Shown one piece after another: positions 1-9,815 of a stretch of 64,000 bases of DNA. Source of the DNA: Nitrospirota bacterium (lineage in GTDB: Bacteria > Nitrospirota > UBA9217); assembly GCA_963845065.1 (NCBI GenBank), contig CAWJQQ010000001.1, forward strand, positions 1,248,001 through 1,312,000, read 5' to 3'. Position 1 is the stretch's first letter. Each line of letters begins with the position of its first letter. The notes below the pieces were generated by a model. The model did no database searches. It was not told the origin of the DNA and worked only from the letters and a program-made list of their open reading frames with translations. A program made the translations under genes and the position numbers.

Positions 1-159
1 GGGTTCCCTGTGCCTGATGCTCTTATCACTGCTCAGCTCGGTGGAACAGCATATATGACGAACGGCAGTGATACGTTTGCCGTCAATATGAATGCCGCTG
101 GCCTACTTACTGTATGCAAATGGCCACAAGGAGCTGGTGGATGGGTGATCGTTCGTTAA
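1..159 (+). CDS. 3' end of a gene truncated by the window edge (product unknown)
   Basis: Frame 1 is open from base 1 to TAA at 157-159 (GFPVPDALITAQLGG...GGWVIVR*) and overlaps the start of the next gene. Confidence 0.5.
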   Translation, partial: GFPVPDALITAQLGGTAYMTNGSDTFAVNMNAAGLLTVCKWPQGAGGWVIVR

Positions 160-875
160 CACTCTTTTTGGTTACCGTTTGTGTCTGTGTTTTTTTTAGC
201 GCTTGTGAAAATTCCAACAAAGCCGTGAGGACTCCAGCTCCAAAGCCGGTGTCGTCGCAGGTGGCATCATCGCACGACGTTGAAGGCAAGGCAAGTGAGG
301 CAGTAAAACCACCAAGGATTGTAAGTCTGAAGTTACTGCCGGTCTCACCACGAAAGGGAGACGAACTCCATGTAGAAGTTGAAGCCGAAAGAAACAGCGA
401 TGCCCCTGTTACTTTTAGCTATCAATGGAGTGTAAATGGGGATATTTTAAATACGGAAGATGGACCGAACCTGAAAATGCCTTTCGTGAAAGGCGATAAA
501 GTTGTCGTAACTATAACCCCGGAGGAAGCAGGGGTTCAGGGAGTGCCATTAATTCAGACAACGATAATAGGTAACTCGCCACCAGTCGTGAGCCCCGCGC
601 TCACTGATGCAACCATCGCGGGTAATCATTATTCCGGCAAGATCCAAGCCCAAGACCCGGACGGAGATCCGCTTACCTATACGCTTTTAGAAGGGCCAAA
701 AGGAATGACAGTAAATCAAAAGACAGGTGTGATAACGTGGGATTTCCAACCTGAAGATGCGGGCATGCACACCTTATCAATATCTGTCAAAGACAATGAT
801 AATGCGGAAGTGATCATGTCGTTGCCTCTTAAACTCGAATTCGGCAGTAAAGCGAATGAAAGCGAGAAACAATGA
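141..875 (+). CDS. Lipoprotein with Ig-like/cadherin-like (putative Ig) domains
   Basis: AAGGAG RBS before ATG141; lipobox FFSAC; 'NSPPV...AQDPDGDPLTYTLLEGPKGMTVNQKTGVITW' He_PIG/cadherin-like motif. Confidence 0.75.
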   Translation: MGDRSLTLFLVTVCVCVFFSACENSNKAVRTPAPKPVSSQVASSHDVEGKASEAVKPPRIVSLKLLPVSPRKGDELHVEVEAERNSDAPVTFSYQWSVNGDILNTEDGPNLKMPFVKGDKVVVTITPEEAGVQGVPLIQTTIIGNSPPVVSPALTDATIAGNHYSGKIQAQDPDGDPLTYTLLEGPKGMTVNQKTGVITWDFQPEDAGMHTLSISVKDNDNAEVIMSLPLKLEFGSKANESEKQ

Positions 876-1612
876 GCGAAATGGCAGGAACCAGACAAAG
901 GTTCTCTTTGAATAGACAGGTGATTTATTTTGTTATTTGCATGTTGGGCCTGATCAGTATTGTTAACTTTTGCTGGATAGCCAGCTCATGTGCAGCTATA
1001 GAAGATGACGACGATAAAACAGATTTTGGACTATTTATGCCTGCGAAGGTGGCCGTAGAGACCACTATTGCAGACGCTTTGAAAAATCAAACTACCCTCG
1101 GGATGACTAGATGGACCGTGAGTGACGAGGAACTTTGGTGCATAGTTACAGATGGCAGTAGATTTTTTAGTGGCCGCTGGCTGCCGAGCAGACATCTTCG
1201 TTTTTATAAAAAGGTAGGGGATAAATTAATTCTCGAATATGAGTATGAAACGATGGATCGGTTTTCATCATTTTACTCAATGGAGGAAACTGGCGGACGG
1301 CTATTAACAGTTTGGGATGGCGGCAACAGACATCATTTCGTCATTTTTGCAGTTGTCGGAAAAACGCTGAAAGTCGTCCTCATGACGGGATCGAAAGCAC
1401 TTCCTGAAATCGTCTATCTAGATAATGACGGTACGGCAGAGATTTTAATCTGGGGCCGGAGCTATGAGGTTGTTGATAATGCGGAAAACAATATTCGAAG
1501 CGTCAAGTGGCAGGTAGCATCTATATATAAATGGAATGATAATAGGTATGTATTGGTAAAAACAGTGCCTTGGCTAAGCAGATTGAATGCATTGCAAAAG
1601 CCATCACAGTAG
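872..1612 (+). CDS. Hypothetical exported/membrane-anchored protein
   Basis: 246-aa ORF with ATGA overlap to upstream gene, N-terminal hydrophobic segment, VCBS-like 'LDNDGTAEILI'. Confidence 0.65.
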   Translation: MSEMAGTRQRFSLNRQVIYFVICMLGLISIVNFCWIASSCAAIEDDDDKTDFGLFMPAKVAVETTIADALKNQTTLGMTRWTVSDEELWCIVTDGSRFFSGRWLPSRHLRFYKKVGDKLILEYEYETMDRFSSFYSMEETGGRLLTVWDGGNRHHFVIFAVVGKTLKVVLMTGSKALPEIVYLDNDGTAEILIWGRSYEVVDNAENNIRSVKWQVASIYKWNDNRYVLVKTVPWLSRLNALQKPSQ

Positions 1613-2041
1613 TTCAGTAAGAAAGCCATTCGAGTGCTGAAAATACCAGACTTTATATTGATCCTATGACGGTATGAACTTGTGATTCATCGCGCTTGCT
1701 TATGGTGTTTATAAAAGCTCCCCTCTAATATGTATTTATGGCTTGAGCATGATTTCCTCTTTATCTTCATTATGCACGTAAACTACTTGTCTTCTCCAAA
1801 CTATCCCTTTGTTTTTACCCCGATACTTGTTCACTACTACTTATAATATTATCCAAAACTAAGCGGAAACCACGGTCGTTTGCCCGTTGTATCTGCTACC
1901 CGCTTGTTTCCCTCCACTTTTCAGAATAGTGTTCGGAGGGGGTGCTGCTCTTAAATCCAAGTGCCACGGACATTAGCACGCGGATACCGAGCAATTTTCA
2001 ATAGCATTTACTTCCCTGCCCATGGCATGCTATTATAGGTT

Positions 2042-3892
2042 ATGAGGTTTTCAACTTCTTCGATCCCTTACCCAGACAATGCGATGAAGAGACCGTTTAT
2101 TGACTTACTAAAAATGTATTTATTTCTCATTGCCCTGGTCGCCATTTCATCTCCAGTCTTCGGTGCTGATATCAATCTTTCTTTGCAGCAACATAGCGAA
2201 GGCAACCGTGTAACCGTTACAATTCAGAATAACTCAACGTCGGCAGCAGAGGTATTGGCTATCGAGATTCAGCTTGATGACCATAAGTACATAGCCCCAG
2301 GTTTCCCCATCTCGATCAGCCCCCATTCCGAGAAAAATATAGCCTTTACCATTGAGTTTCCGAAACTTCCCGGATCTTATCCCGTGATCGTTACGCTTAG
2401 ATATCTAAACGACGGGACGAAGTTATCACTGCACGATGTTGGCTTATTTCATTTCCAGCAACATGCTCTCTTACCAGAATCTTGCGTTGCTGAGAATGCT
2501 AACGTCTCTCAAGAAGGGGAGATTGTCATTCGATCGTCGAGTCCCGCGATTTGGAAACTAGTGCTACCCGATGAAGTGCCAAGCATCGCAGAATCTGTGC
2601 AGCAAGACCGCAAAATATTTCGAGTTAAGAACCAGCTGAGTGGATTTAATAATAACTACCCTTACTTCGCAATTGCCGGCCAGTCAATAAAAGGAATCCA
2701 TTATGCCTCTTTCTGCAGGGGTGCTCTGCGGATAGGAACAGGCAAGCCGGCTGATGAATCGGGGAACGGAAGAATATCGGAATTGGTCCTCCTGCTAGCA
2801 GGACTTGTTTTTCTTATTACATTCATCTCAACCAATAAACAAGCAAACGCGGAGGGAAGGTTTGTTACAGCACTCAATAAATATGCCAGCAGGCTGTTCC
2901 TGATTGCGGTATGCTATCTCCTATTGAAGACCATCGACGGCTGGCTGGCGCAGGCGTTAATCCATCAGGATGGAGGGATGCTGTCTGCGATTGTTGCACA
3001 GTACCGTGCATACAAAAGGAACAACTTTAGTTACTTTTTTTATTATTTCGTCGATATTTATAGTATCGCTAACTTGCTTTTGGTTTTTCCTTATCTATAT
3101 TTCTTCGATCATGAGAGAAGTGCAGAACACGACAAGTATTCGAACCTGGTCAAAAGCATCGTTTCGCTCGCCAGGCCATTGACCGGACGCCTTTACTGGA
3201 ATAAAATCTCCAGATTGGGGATGCTCACGGTATTCGTGAAATTATTTTACATCCCCCTCCTGGTGACGTGGGTTATTAATAATGCGTTGTACCAGGTCCA
3301 TCTTACACGCATCTTTCATTGGGACCTCATTGCAGTCAACGCATATCTGGTTGCACTGTTTATCTATATAGATACGGCGATTTACTGTTTCGGCTATCTC
3401 CTTGAATTCAATTTCCTGAAAAATACGATTAAGTCTGTTGAGCCGACAGTGCTCGGCTGGGTTGTTTGTCTTTGGTGTTATCCACCCTTTAATAATTTTT
3501 CATTCAGAATATTCGATTTTGACCTGATTCCTATAGCGCGCAGTTATCCAACGTGGGTCAATGCCGTCATGCTGTGTTTTATTACGATCTTGTGGGGGGT
3601 ATTCGCATGGGCGTCCTTGTCACTGGGATGGAAAGCTTCTAACCTCACAAATAGGGGCATTGTTCAGCACGGACCCTATCGCTTCGTGCGGCACCCTGCC
3701 TATGCTGCTAAACTGTTTGTATGGTATATTCAGGCAGTTATTTTCGGTCAATACTTTATCGGAATATTATTTGGATTCACCTTGATCTATATATTGAGAG
3801 CGTGGACCGAGGAAAGACATCTGTCGAACGACCCTGATTATTTAGCGTATAAGAAAGCCGTGAAATGGTTTTTTATTCCCGGCCTTATCTAA
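2042..3892 (+). CDS. Multi-pass membrane protein with N-terminal extracytoplasmic domain and C-terminal ICMT/PEMT-family methyltransferase domain
   Basis: Signal peptide, beta-rich N-terminus, many TM segments, 'GPYRFVRHPAY' and 'EERHL' ICMT motifs. Confidence 0.75.
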   Translation: MRFSTSSIPYPDNAMKRPFIDLLKMYLFLIALVAISSPVFGADINLSLQQHSEGNRVTVTIQNNSTSAAEVLAIEIQLDDHKYIAPGFPISISPHSEKNIAFTIEFPKLPGSYPVIVTLRYLNDGTKLSLHDVGLFHFQQHALLPESCVAENANVSQEGEIVIRSSSPAIWKLVLPDEVPSIAESVQQDRKIFRVKNQLSGFNNNYPYFAIAGQSIKGIHYASFCRGALRIGTGKPADESGNGRISELVLLLAGLVFLITFISTNKQANAEGRFVTALNKYASRLFLIAVCYLLLKTIDGWLAQALIHQDGGMLSAIVAQYRAYKRNNFSYFFYYFVDIYSIANLLLVFPYLYFFDHERSAEHDKYSNLVKSIVSLARPLTGRLYWNKISRLGMLTVFVKLFYIPLLVTWVINNALYQVHLTRIFHWDLIAVNAYLVALFIYIDTAIYCFGYLLEFNFLKNTIKSVEPTVLGWVVCLWCYPPFNNFSFRIFDFDLIPIARSYPTWVNAVMLCFITILWGVFAWASLSLGWKASNLTNRGIVQHGPYRFVRHPAYAAKLFVWYIQAVIFGQYFIGILFGFTLIYILRAWTEERHLSNDPDYLAYKKAVKWFFIPGLI

Positions 3893-3922
3893 TATTGGCT
3901 GGTCAGCCCAATACGGGAGAAT

Positions 3923-4636
3923 ATGGACATGCTTCTTGAAGGATTCGCAAAAGCCTTTTCCCTTATCTTGCATCTTGATGCTGACCTGATTAGCATTATC
4001 TTGTTGTCCTTGAAAATATCTTGTCTCGCACTTTGCATCGCAGCCGTAGTGGGTATCCCAATTGGTGCGGTCCTCGGCTTGAAACGGTTGCCTGCACAAG
4101 GCGCCCTCATAAGTCTTTTGAACACGTTCATGGGGCTTCCCCCCGTGGTTGTCGGACTGTTTCTCTATCTCCTGCTTTCGCGAAGCGGTCCTTTCGGCAT
4201 TCTCGGCCTGCTTTATACACCTACAGCCATGGTCATTGCCCAGATCATCCTTGCGCTTCCCATTATCGCAGCGCTTTCGCATTCGGCAATTATTAGTATC
4301 GACCCGATCATTCGCCAGGCGGCCATGACGCTGGGCGCATCTTCCTGGCAAATTACTTGGACCGTAATTAAGGAAGCGAGGTACGGGATTCTGTCCGGTG
4401 TTGTTGCAGCGTTAGGAAGGGTGATGGCGGAAGTAGGGGCGATTCTGATCGTTGGCGGGAACATAGCTGGACTCACGCGGGTGATGACAACAGCAATCGC
4501 GCTCGAGACCGATAAAGGAAATTTTGAACTTGCGCTTGCACTCGGCATCATTCTTCTGACCCTGTCGTTGCTCATAAATTCATTGCTCCATGTAATTCAG
4601 AGAAAGGGGCTATTGCAGATGGAACCATGGGTCTGA
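3923..4636 (+). CDS. tupB: Tungstate ABC transporter permease
   Basis: 'MGLPPVVVGLFLYLLLSRSGPFG' and 'AEVGAILIVGGNI...TRVMTTAIALET' TupB signatures. Confidence 0.88.
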   Translation: MDMLLEGFAKAFSLILHLDADLISIILLSLKISCLALCIAAVVGIPIGAVLGLKRLPAQGALISLLNTFMGLPPVVVGLFLYLLLSRSGPFGILGLLYTPTAMVIAQIILALPIIAALSHSAIISIDPIIRQAAMTLGASSWQITWTVIKEARYGILSGVVAALGRVMAEVGAILIVGGNIAGLTRVMTTAIALETDKGNFELALALGIILLTLSLLINSLLHVIQRKGLLQMEPWV

Positions 4637-5304
4637 ACCTCTCTGTTTCTCATATTGTTAAACAGTATAATGGCAAAGCTGCGCTTGACCACTGTTCCGT
4701 CTCCTTCATTCAGGGTGCCGTTTACACAATTATGGGACCAAATGGGTGCGGGAAGTCCACGCTCTTGAGAGCTTGTTCTCTTATCGAAACCGTTGATAGT
4801 GGAGAGATTACGTTTCGCAATAGTAATAATGATGCGGTACTCCCGCATGATCTCTCCCTCAGGCGCAGAATATGTCTGGTACTGCCCAAGATCGGCGTTT
4901 TCAATACTTCGGTCTTTAAGAACATAGCATACGGCCTTTACGTGCGGAGCCTGGACAAAAAGGTCATTTACCACAAGGTACAGGAAGCTCTCGATGCCGT
5001 AGGCTTGGCCCATAAGAGCAAGCAGAACGCTCTCACACTTTCGAGCGGTGAGACACAGCGGCTTGGAATTGCGCGGGCCATGGCCATTCAACCGGAAATT
5101 CTCTTTCTCGATGAGCCCACGGCATCCATTGATGAGGAGAATACACGCATAGTTGAGGACATCATAAGGAGACTGAAACAGTCGGGTAGGACAACGATCA
5201 TTATGGCAACTCACGACCGCGATCAGGCCTTGCGCTTGGCAGACGACATGATTTCAATGCGAAACGGTAAAATAGCGAGCATGAATCAAGAAATGTTTTC
5301 TTGA
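4627..5304 (+). CDS. tupC: Tungstate ABC transporter ATP-binding subunit
   Basis: Walker A GPNGCGKST, LSSGETQR, LFLDEP; overlaps tupB. Confidence 0.8.
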   Translation: MGLNLSVSHIVKQYNGKAALDHCSVSFIQGAVYTIMGPNGCGKSTLLRACSLIETVDSGEITFRNSNNDAVLPHDLSLRRRICLVLPKIGVFNTSVFKNIAYGLYVRSLDKKVIYHKVQEALDAVGLAHKSKQNALTLSSGETQRLGIARAMAIQPEILFLDEPTASIDEENTRIVEDIIRRLKQSGRTTIIMATHDRDQALRLADDMISMRNGKIASMNQEMFS

Positions 5305-5355
5305 TCCTCAGTTCACCATAAGGAACAGTGTTTCATTCAATGACACTTGTGTCTC

Positions 5356-5952
5356 ATGCCTATGTCTAAAAAACCTGACCAAGTTATAATTCTCGCATCA
5401 AATTCGCCGAGGCGCCGCGAACTTCTGCACCAGATAGGACTTTCATTTGATACTGATCCGTCTAACGTCGATGAGCAAGTGATGGCCGGGGAGTCGCCGG
5501 AAAGTTATGCGGTCAGAGTAGCACTCGCTAAAGCACAGGCCACAGCAGGGCGGGTTGGACGGGGAATAATCATTGCGGCGGATACGATCGTTGTGCAGGG
5601 GGACCGTATATTGGGAAAGCCCGGTGACAGACATGACGCAGAACGAATGCTTTTGCTCCTGTCAGGCAGGATGCACATTGTAATTACCGGGCTGGCTATC
5701 ATCGATTCTGCCGAAGGCAAAACGGTGACCGGAGCATCGCTTACCCGCGTATGGTTTAGGGACCTTTCGAATGATGAAATAACGTCTTATATAAAGGGTG
5801 GCGAGCCGTTTGATAAAGCCGGCGCATATGGAATACAGGGAAAGGGTGCCCTATTTGTCACTAAGATAGAAGGCTGCTACTTCAATGTGGTAGGCCTTCC
5901 GCTCTCCCTCCTAGGAGAACTGCTTCGGAATTTCGGCATAAGGCTCCTTTAG
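5356..5952 (+). CDS. maf: Maf family nucleoside triphosphate pyrophosphatase
   Basis: ILASNSPRRRELL, AADTIV, DKAGAYGIQG, NVVGLP. Confidence 0.93.
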   Translation: MPMSKKPDQVIILASNSPRRRELLHQIGLSFDTDPSNVDEQVMAGESPESYAVRVALAKAQATAGRVGRGIIIAADTIVVQGDRILGKPGDRHDAERMLLLLSGRMHIVITGLAIIDSAEGKTVTGASLTRVWFRDLSNDEITSYIKGGEPFDKAGAYGIQGKGALFVTKIEGCYFNVVGLPLSLLGELLRNFGIRLL

Positions 5953-6119
5953 CTGAATTGTTGCTACCGGATTGTGGTTTACCCATCTTTGGGGTTTGGT
6001 CCTATTTACGAAAAAAATCATGCTTTCCTTGACATCACCGGCTATACATCCTAAAATATAAGTATTAGGGAACGAGAGACAGTATCTAGAGACAGTATAT
6101 ATAGTACGGAGGTATACAA

Positions 6120-6764
6120 GTGCCAACTATTCAAATTATGATAGCAGATAATGATCAAGCGCAAATTGATGCTGTTTCCGCATCACTGACAAAACTGGGA
6201 GGTTTCGAAGTAATTTCAACTGTTACAGCAAGAGAAACTGCCATAAAACAGTTGTCAATTGCCCCTGATGTTATGATTCTCAATCCCGAGGTTCTGAGAG
6301 GGCACACACTTTCGCGCTTTATTCATTCGGTACAGGCAAAATCTCCCCATACGAGAGTTATCTATCTCCTGAGAAAACCATTGCCAGATGATGCCATCAT
6401 AGCAGATATGAAAACGGGCATCCGTGGGTATGTAAAAATTACCGATTCTCCGTCGACTCTCGCAAGGGCCATCCAATCGGTTCAGAGCGGAGAAATATGG
6501 GCGGAGCGCAGGATACTCGAAAAAGCCATAGCCAATCCCATGCTTTTGCCTGAAACGGTCCAATCACATGTCCCGGGACTTCCCCCACTGACGAACCGGG
6601 AGATGGAAGTACTGACCATGGTCCTCCAGGGTGCTTCCAACAGGGAAATAGCAGACAGGAGCAGCATCAGCGAACGTACGGTAAAGACACATCTTTACCG
6701 TGTGTACCGAAAACTGAACGTGAAAAGCAGAACCAAAGCTATTGCGCTTTTGTCACATTCGTAA
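6120..6764 (+). CDS. NarL/LuxR-family response regulator with atypical receiver domain
   Basis: C-terminal 'LTNREMEVL...SNREIA...ISERTVKTHLYRVYRKLNVKSR' HTH; REC-like N-terminus. Confidence 0.88.
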   Translation: MPTIQIMIADNDQAQIDAVSASLTKLGGFEVISTVTARETAIKQLSIAPDVMILNPEVLRGHTLSRFIHSVQAKSPHTRVIYLLRKPLPDDAIIADMKTGIRGYVKITDSPSTLARAIQSVQSGEIWAERRILEKAIANPMLLPETVQSHVPGLPPLTNREMEVLTMVLQGASNREIADRSSISERTVKTHLYRVYRKLNVKSRTKAIALLSHS

Positions 6765-6801
6765 ACTAAATGCAATTCCAACAAATAAGACTTTAGGTTG
6801 A

Positions 6802-6829
6802 TTGACAATCTCTTAATTGTTGGTAAGCT
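6802..6829 (+). promoter_or_regulatory. Sigma70-type promoter
   Basis: TTGACA (6802) - 16 nt - TAAGCT (6824) with extended-10 TG. Confidence 0.6.
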
Positions 6830-6835
6830 AAAACG

Positions 6836-7076
6836 AGTATTGCGCTGTTTGTCTCTTTCCGGAAGACTTGATGGCGATGCAACGCGACTTATACTTCTTC
6901 CCCCCCAGGAAACACAGTTTAGTCGCATGAGATTACCAGCCAGATATGCCACGGTCTATAAGGAAGCGGCACGACACACCTGAGAAAATTCATGCGACGA
7001 ACAGCGCAGTTTTGAAGGCGTCTCGATGATGCAGCCACGAGAGATTTCATCCATGGCATCGAGACGCCATTTTTTT
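6836..7076 (+). ncRNA. Candidate structured small RNA (~240 nt), family unassigned
   Basis: Upstream promoter; 15-bp closing stem 6839-6853/6996-7010 with two G-U pairs; internal hairpins; terminator; no convincing ORF. Confidence 0.55.
7017..7076 (+). terminator. Intrinsic terminator-like hairpin
   Basis: GGCGTCTCGATG (7017-7028) / CATCGAGACGCC (7057-7068) perfect 12-bp stem followed by T7. Confidence 0.7.
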
Positions 7077-7134
7077 GACTATCCTGTTCCCGACGCTCCT
7101 TGACGAGCCAGTGGAATACCGGTATGATGAAATC

Positions 7135-8382
7135 ATGTATATATTTCTGCTCATTGCATATTTTGCTATTCTTTGCATTCGATACTGGCTCAGCTGGCTG
7201 AATAGAGCATACCTAAAGATGCATGGCCTGACTGTTCCGCCCGAGTTTCAGGGCATAATAGATCCGGAACTCCTAAAAAAAATTACCAATTATACATTGG
7301 AAAACAGCAGATTCGGGATAATCGAGTCCGTTATCTCCAACGTCCTCCTGATTGCTTTTCTCTTTGGTGGGATGCTCGGGTACTATGACCGCTGGGTGAG
7401 TTCCATCGCAGTCTCATTTATCGTACAAGGGATCATTTTTGCGCTGGTTCTATTCTACGTCGAAACGATTGTAGACATCCCTTTCAGCTTGTACCGGAAC
7501 TTTAGAATCGAAAACCGCTATGGCTTTAATACTATGACTATGCGTCTATGGGCCACAGACCTTCTTAAATCTGTTGCCATCGCAACTGCGATGAGTTGTG
7601 CGGTTGTCTTCGTCGCACTCGCTATTGTTCAAGCGAACCCTAACTGGTGGTGGTTGTGGGTGTGGGTATTTCTCCTGGCCTTCGGTATTTTTGTAATGTA
7701 CATTTCTCCGACAATCATCGAACCACTCTTTTTTAAATTCGAGTCCGTAAAAGCAGAAGGCCTGGAAGAGAGGATTCGTACACTTATGGAGAAGGCCGGA
7801 CTGAAAGTCAGCCGTGTCTTTCAAGTTGACGCTTCGCGTAGGAGCCGCCATTCAAACGCCTATTTTACCGGCATTGGCCGTGTGAAGCGCATTGTACTAT
7901 TCGATACACTCATCGAACAGATGTCACAAGACGAAATTCTGGCGGTCCTGGCCCATGAAGTCGGCCACTGGAAAAAGCGTCATGTGCTGAAAAGCATAAT
8001 CCTGAGCGAAACCATTGCATTCTGTGGTATGTTTTTAGCGTTTCATCTTATTTCGTGGGGCAACCTTCCTAACATGGTTAATCTTCAGCAGGCTTCTTTT
8101 TATGCGCGGGTGATAATCATTGGATTTATCGGTTCCCTTATTATGTTTCCCGTAACACCTTTTTTCAGCTACTTATCCCGAAGAAATGAACGTGAGGCGG
8201 ACCGTTTTGCCACCGAGCTTACTCATCATCCGGAACATCTCGCATCTTCTCTAGTAAAACTTTCACGGGAGAATCTTTCCAACCTCCATCCCCACCCGCT
8301 GTATGCCAAGATCTACTACTCCCATCCCCCTGTCGTAGAGAGGGTAAGACAACTACAAGACGCTGGAAAAGGCGAAAAGTAG
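7135..8382 (+). CDS. M48 family (Ste24/HtpX-like) membrane zinc metalloprotease
   Basis: HEVGH zinc motif, 'HSNAYFTG', 'EREADRFA', 'YSHPP'. Confidence 0.92.
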   Translation: MYIFLLIAYFAILCIRYWLSWLNRAYLKMHGLTVPPEFQGIIDPELLKKITNYTLENSRFGIIESVISNVLLIAFLFGGMLGYYDRWVSSIAVSFIVQGIIFALVLFYVETIVDIPFSLYRNFRIENRYGFNTMTMRLWATDLLKSVAIATAMSCAVVFVALAIVQANPNWWWLWVWVFLLAFGIFVMYISPTIIEPLFFKFESVKAEGLEERIRTLMEKAGLKVSRVFQVDASRRSRHSNAYFTGIGRVKRIVLFDTLIEQMSQDEILAVLAHEVGHWKKRHVLKSIILSETIAFCGMFLAFHLISWGNLPNMVNLQQASFYARVIIIGFIGSLIMFPVTPFFSYLSRRNEREADRFATELTHHPEHLASSLVKLSRENLSNLHPHPLYAKIYYSHPPVVERVRQLQDAGKGEK

Positions 8383-8507
8383 GAAGTCGTCATGAAAAAC
8401 GGAAGACGTTTTCTACCGCATTTTACCGTTGAGTTCTACCGCCTGCTTCTCGATCCTTCCACACTTTCCCATTGACCGTTGTTGTATTCTTGTGCTATTT
8501 TTATGAC

Positions 8508-9815
8508 ATGAAGAAGCATTCTGGAAAAGCGCGACTTGAGCAGAAGGTTAAGCGGCTCTCCACGCTCATCGAAGTCAACGCTCTGATCAGTTCATCCCTT
8601 AATCTTGACCAGATCCTCGAAAACGTAATGACAATTTCCAAAAAGGTAATGAACGCGGATGCATCGAGCCTCATGTTGATCGACGAGAAGACAGATGAAC
8701 TTGTCTATGAGGTGGCCCTCGGGAAAGTAGGAGAAAAGCTCAAGCAACAGTTCAGGCTGAAGATGGGGCAAGGAATCGCGGGGACAGTCGCACAGGAAGG
8801 GAAACCTCTCCTGCTGGAGGATGCGTATAAACATCCAAAATTTTATCGGGCCCATGACGACGCAACGGGGTATCGTACAAAGTCGATGATCACGGTTCCG
8901 CTCAAGGTAGGAGATCGCATTACCGGGGTCGCTCAGGTGATCAACAGGCTTGATAATAGTCCCTTTGATGCAGACGATCTGGAGCTCTTTATTGCACTCT
9001 GCAGTCTGGCAGCCATTGCAATTGAGAACGCCAAGATGCATAAGAGCCTGATGGAGAAGCAGCGTTTTGTGAGAGACATGGAATTCGCCCGGACGGTGCA
9101 GGAAAGCTTCCTCCCTCAGAAAACACCGGAGATAAGAAACTTTAAATTCAGCACTCACTATACGCCTGCCCAGGAAGTAGGCGGTGATTTTTATGATTTT
9201 ATCAATTTCGACCAGGGTCGCGCGGGAATTGTGATAGGAGACGTTTCAGGCAAGGGCGTGCCAGCGGCGCTCTATATGGCGAAGCTGGGGAGCGATCTTC
9301 GAACGCTCGCTTTTACTGAAAAAGATCCAGCATCAGCGCTTGAGAAGTTGAATAATCTTCTTGCCGAACGGAGCAGGCGTGGTATGTTCGCCACACTTCT
9401 CTATATCGAGCTTGAATCCGAGAGCGGCAAGCTTACGATTTCGAATGCCGGCCATCTTCCGCCTATTGTTAAAAAATCAGACAATACGGTAACAACGCTT
9501 TCTACGGCAGGCGGATCTCCTCTTGGTATTCTAGCAGGGATGAAGTTTGGACAGGAAAAGGCAGCTCTTGATCCCGGTGATACCGTGGTTCTGTATACCG
9601 ACGGCATCATCGAAGCGATGAACGCCAAAGAGGAGCTATATGGATATAAACGGTTTGAAGCACTGATCGGAAAAAGCTCCACTGATCCAGATTCTCTCAA
9701 GTCAGCCATCATCGATGATGTTAACCGGTTTACCGGCCTGAGTCCCCAGCATGACGATATGACACTAGTCTGTTTTGGGCCTGTGAAATTAAAAATGATG
9801 TCTGAAGACAAATGA
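8508..9815 (+). CDS. GAF + SpoIIE/PP2C phosphatase (RsbU-like)
   Basis: GAF domain followed by 'VGGDFYD', 'GDVSGKG', 'YTDG', 'DDMT'. Confidence 0.92.
   Translation: MKKHSGKARLEQKVKRLSTLIEVNALISSSLNLDQILENVMTISKKVMNADASSLMLIDEKTDELVYEVALGKVGEKLKQQFRLKMGQGIAGTVAQEGKPLLLEDAYKHPKFYRAHDDATGYRTKSMITVPLKVGDRITGVAQVINRLDNSPFDADDLELFIALCSLAAIAIENAKMHKSLMEKQRFVRDMEFARTVQESFLPQKTPEIRNFKFSTHYTPAQEVGGDFYDFINFDQGRAGIVIGDVSGKGVPAALYMAKLGSDLRTLAFTEKDPASALEKLNNLLAERSRRGMFATLLYIELESESGKLTISNAGHLPPIVKKSDNTVTTLSTAGGSPLGILAGMKFGQEKAALDPGDTVVLYTDGIIEAMNAKEELYGYKRFEALIGKSSTDPDSLKSAIIDDVNRFTGLSPQHDDMTLVCFGPVKLKMMSEDK

Noticed and set aside
1620..1990. Degenerate palindromes (CCACGG...CCGT) and a possible IS200 tnpA trace
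   Set aside because: Too decayed to support a call
6947..6973. GCCACGGTCTATAAGGAAGCGGCAC resembles SRP RNA helix 8
   Set aside because: Lacks the CAGG internal loop and the GNRA tetraloop; not called as ffs
6839..7010. Inverted ends resembling retron a1/a2
   Set aside because: No retron-type RT nearby; the only RT is a group II intron maturase 55 kb away
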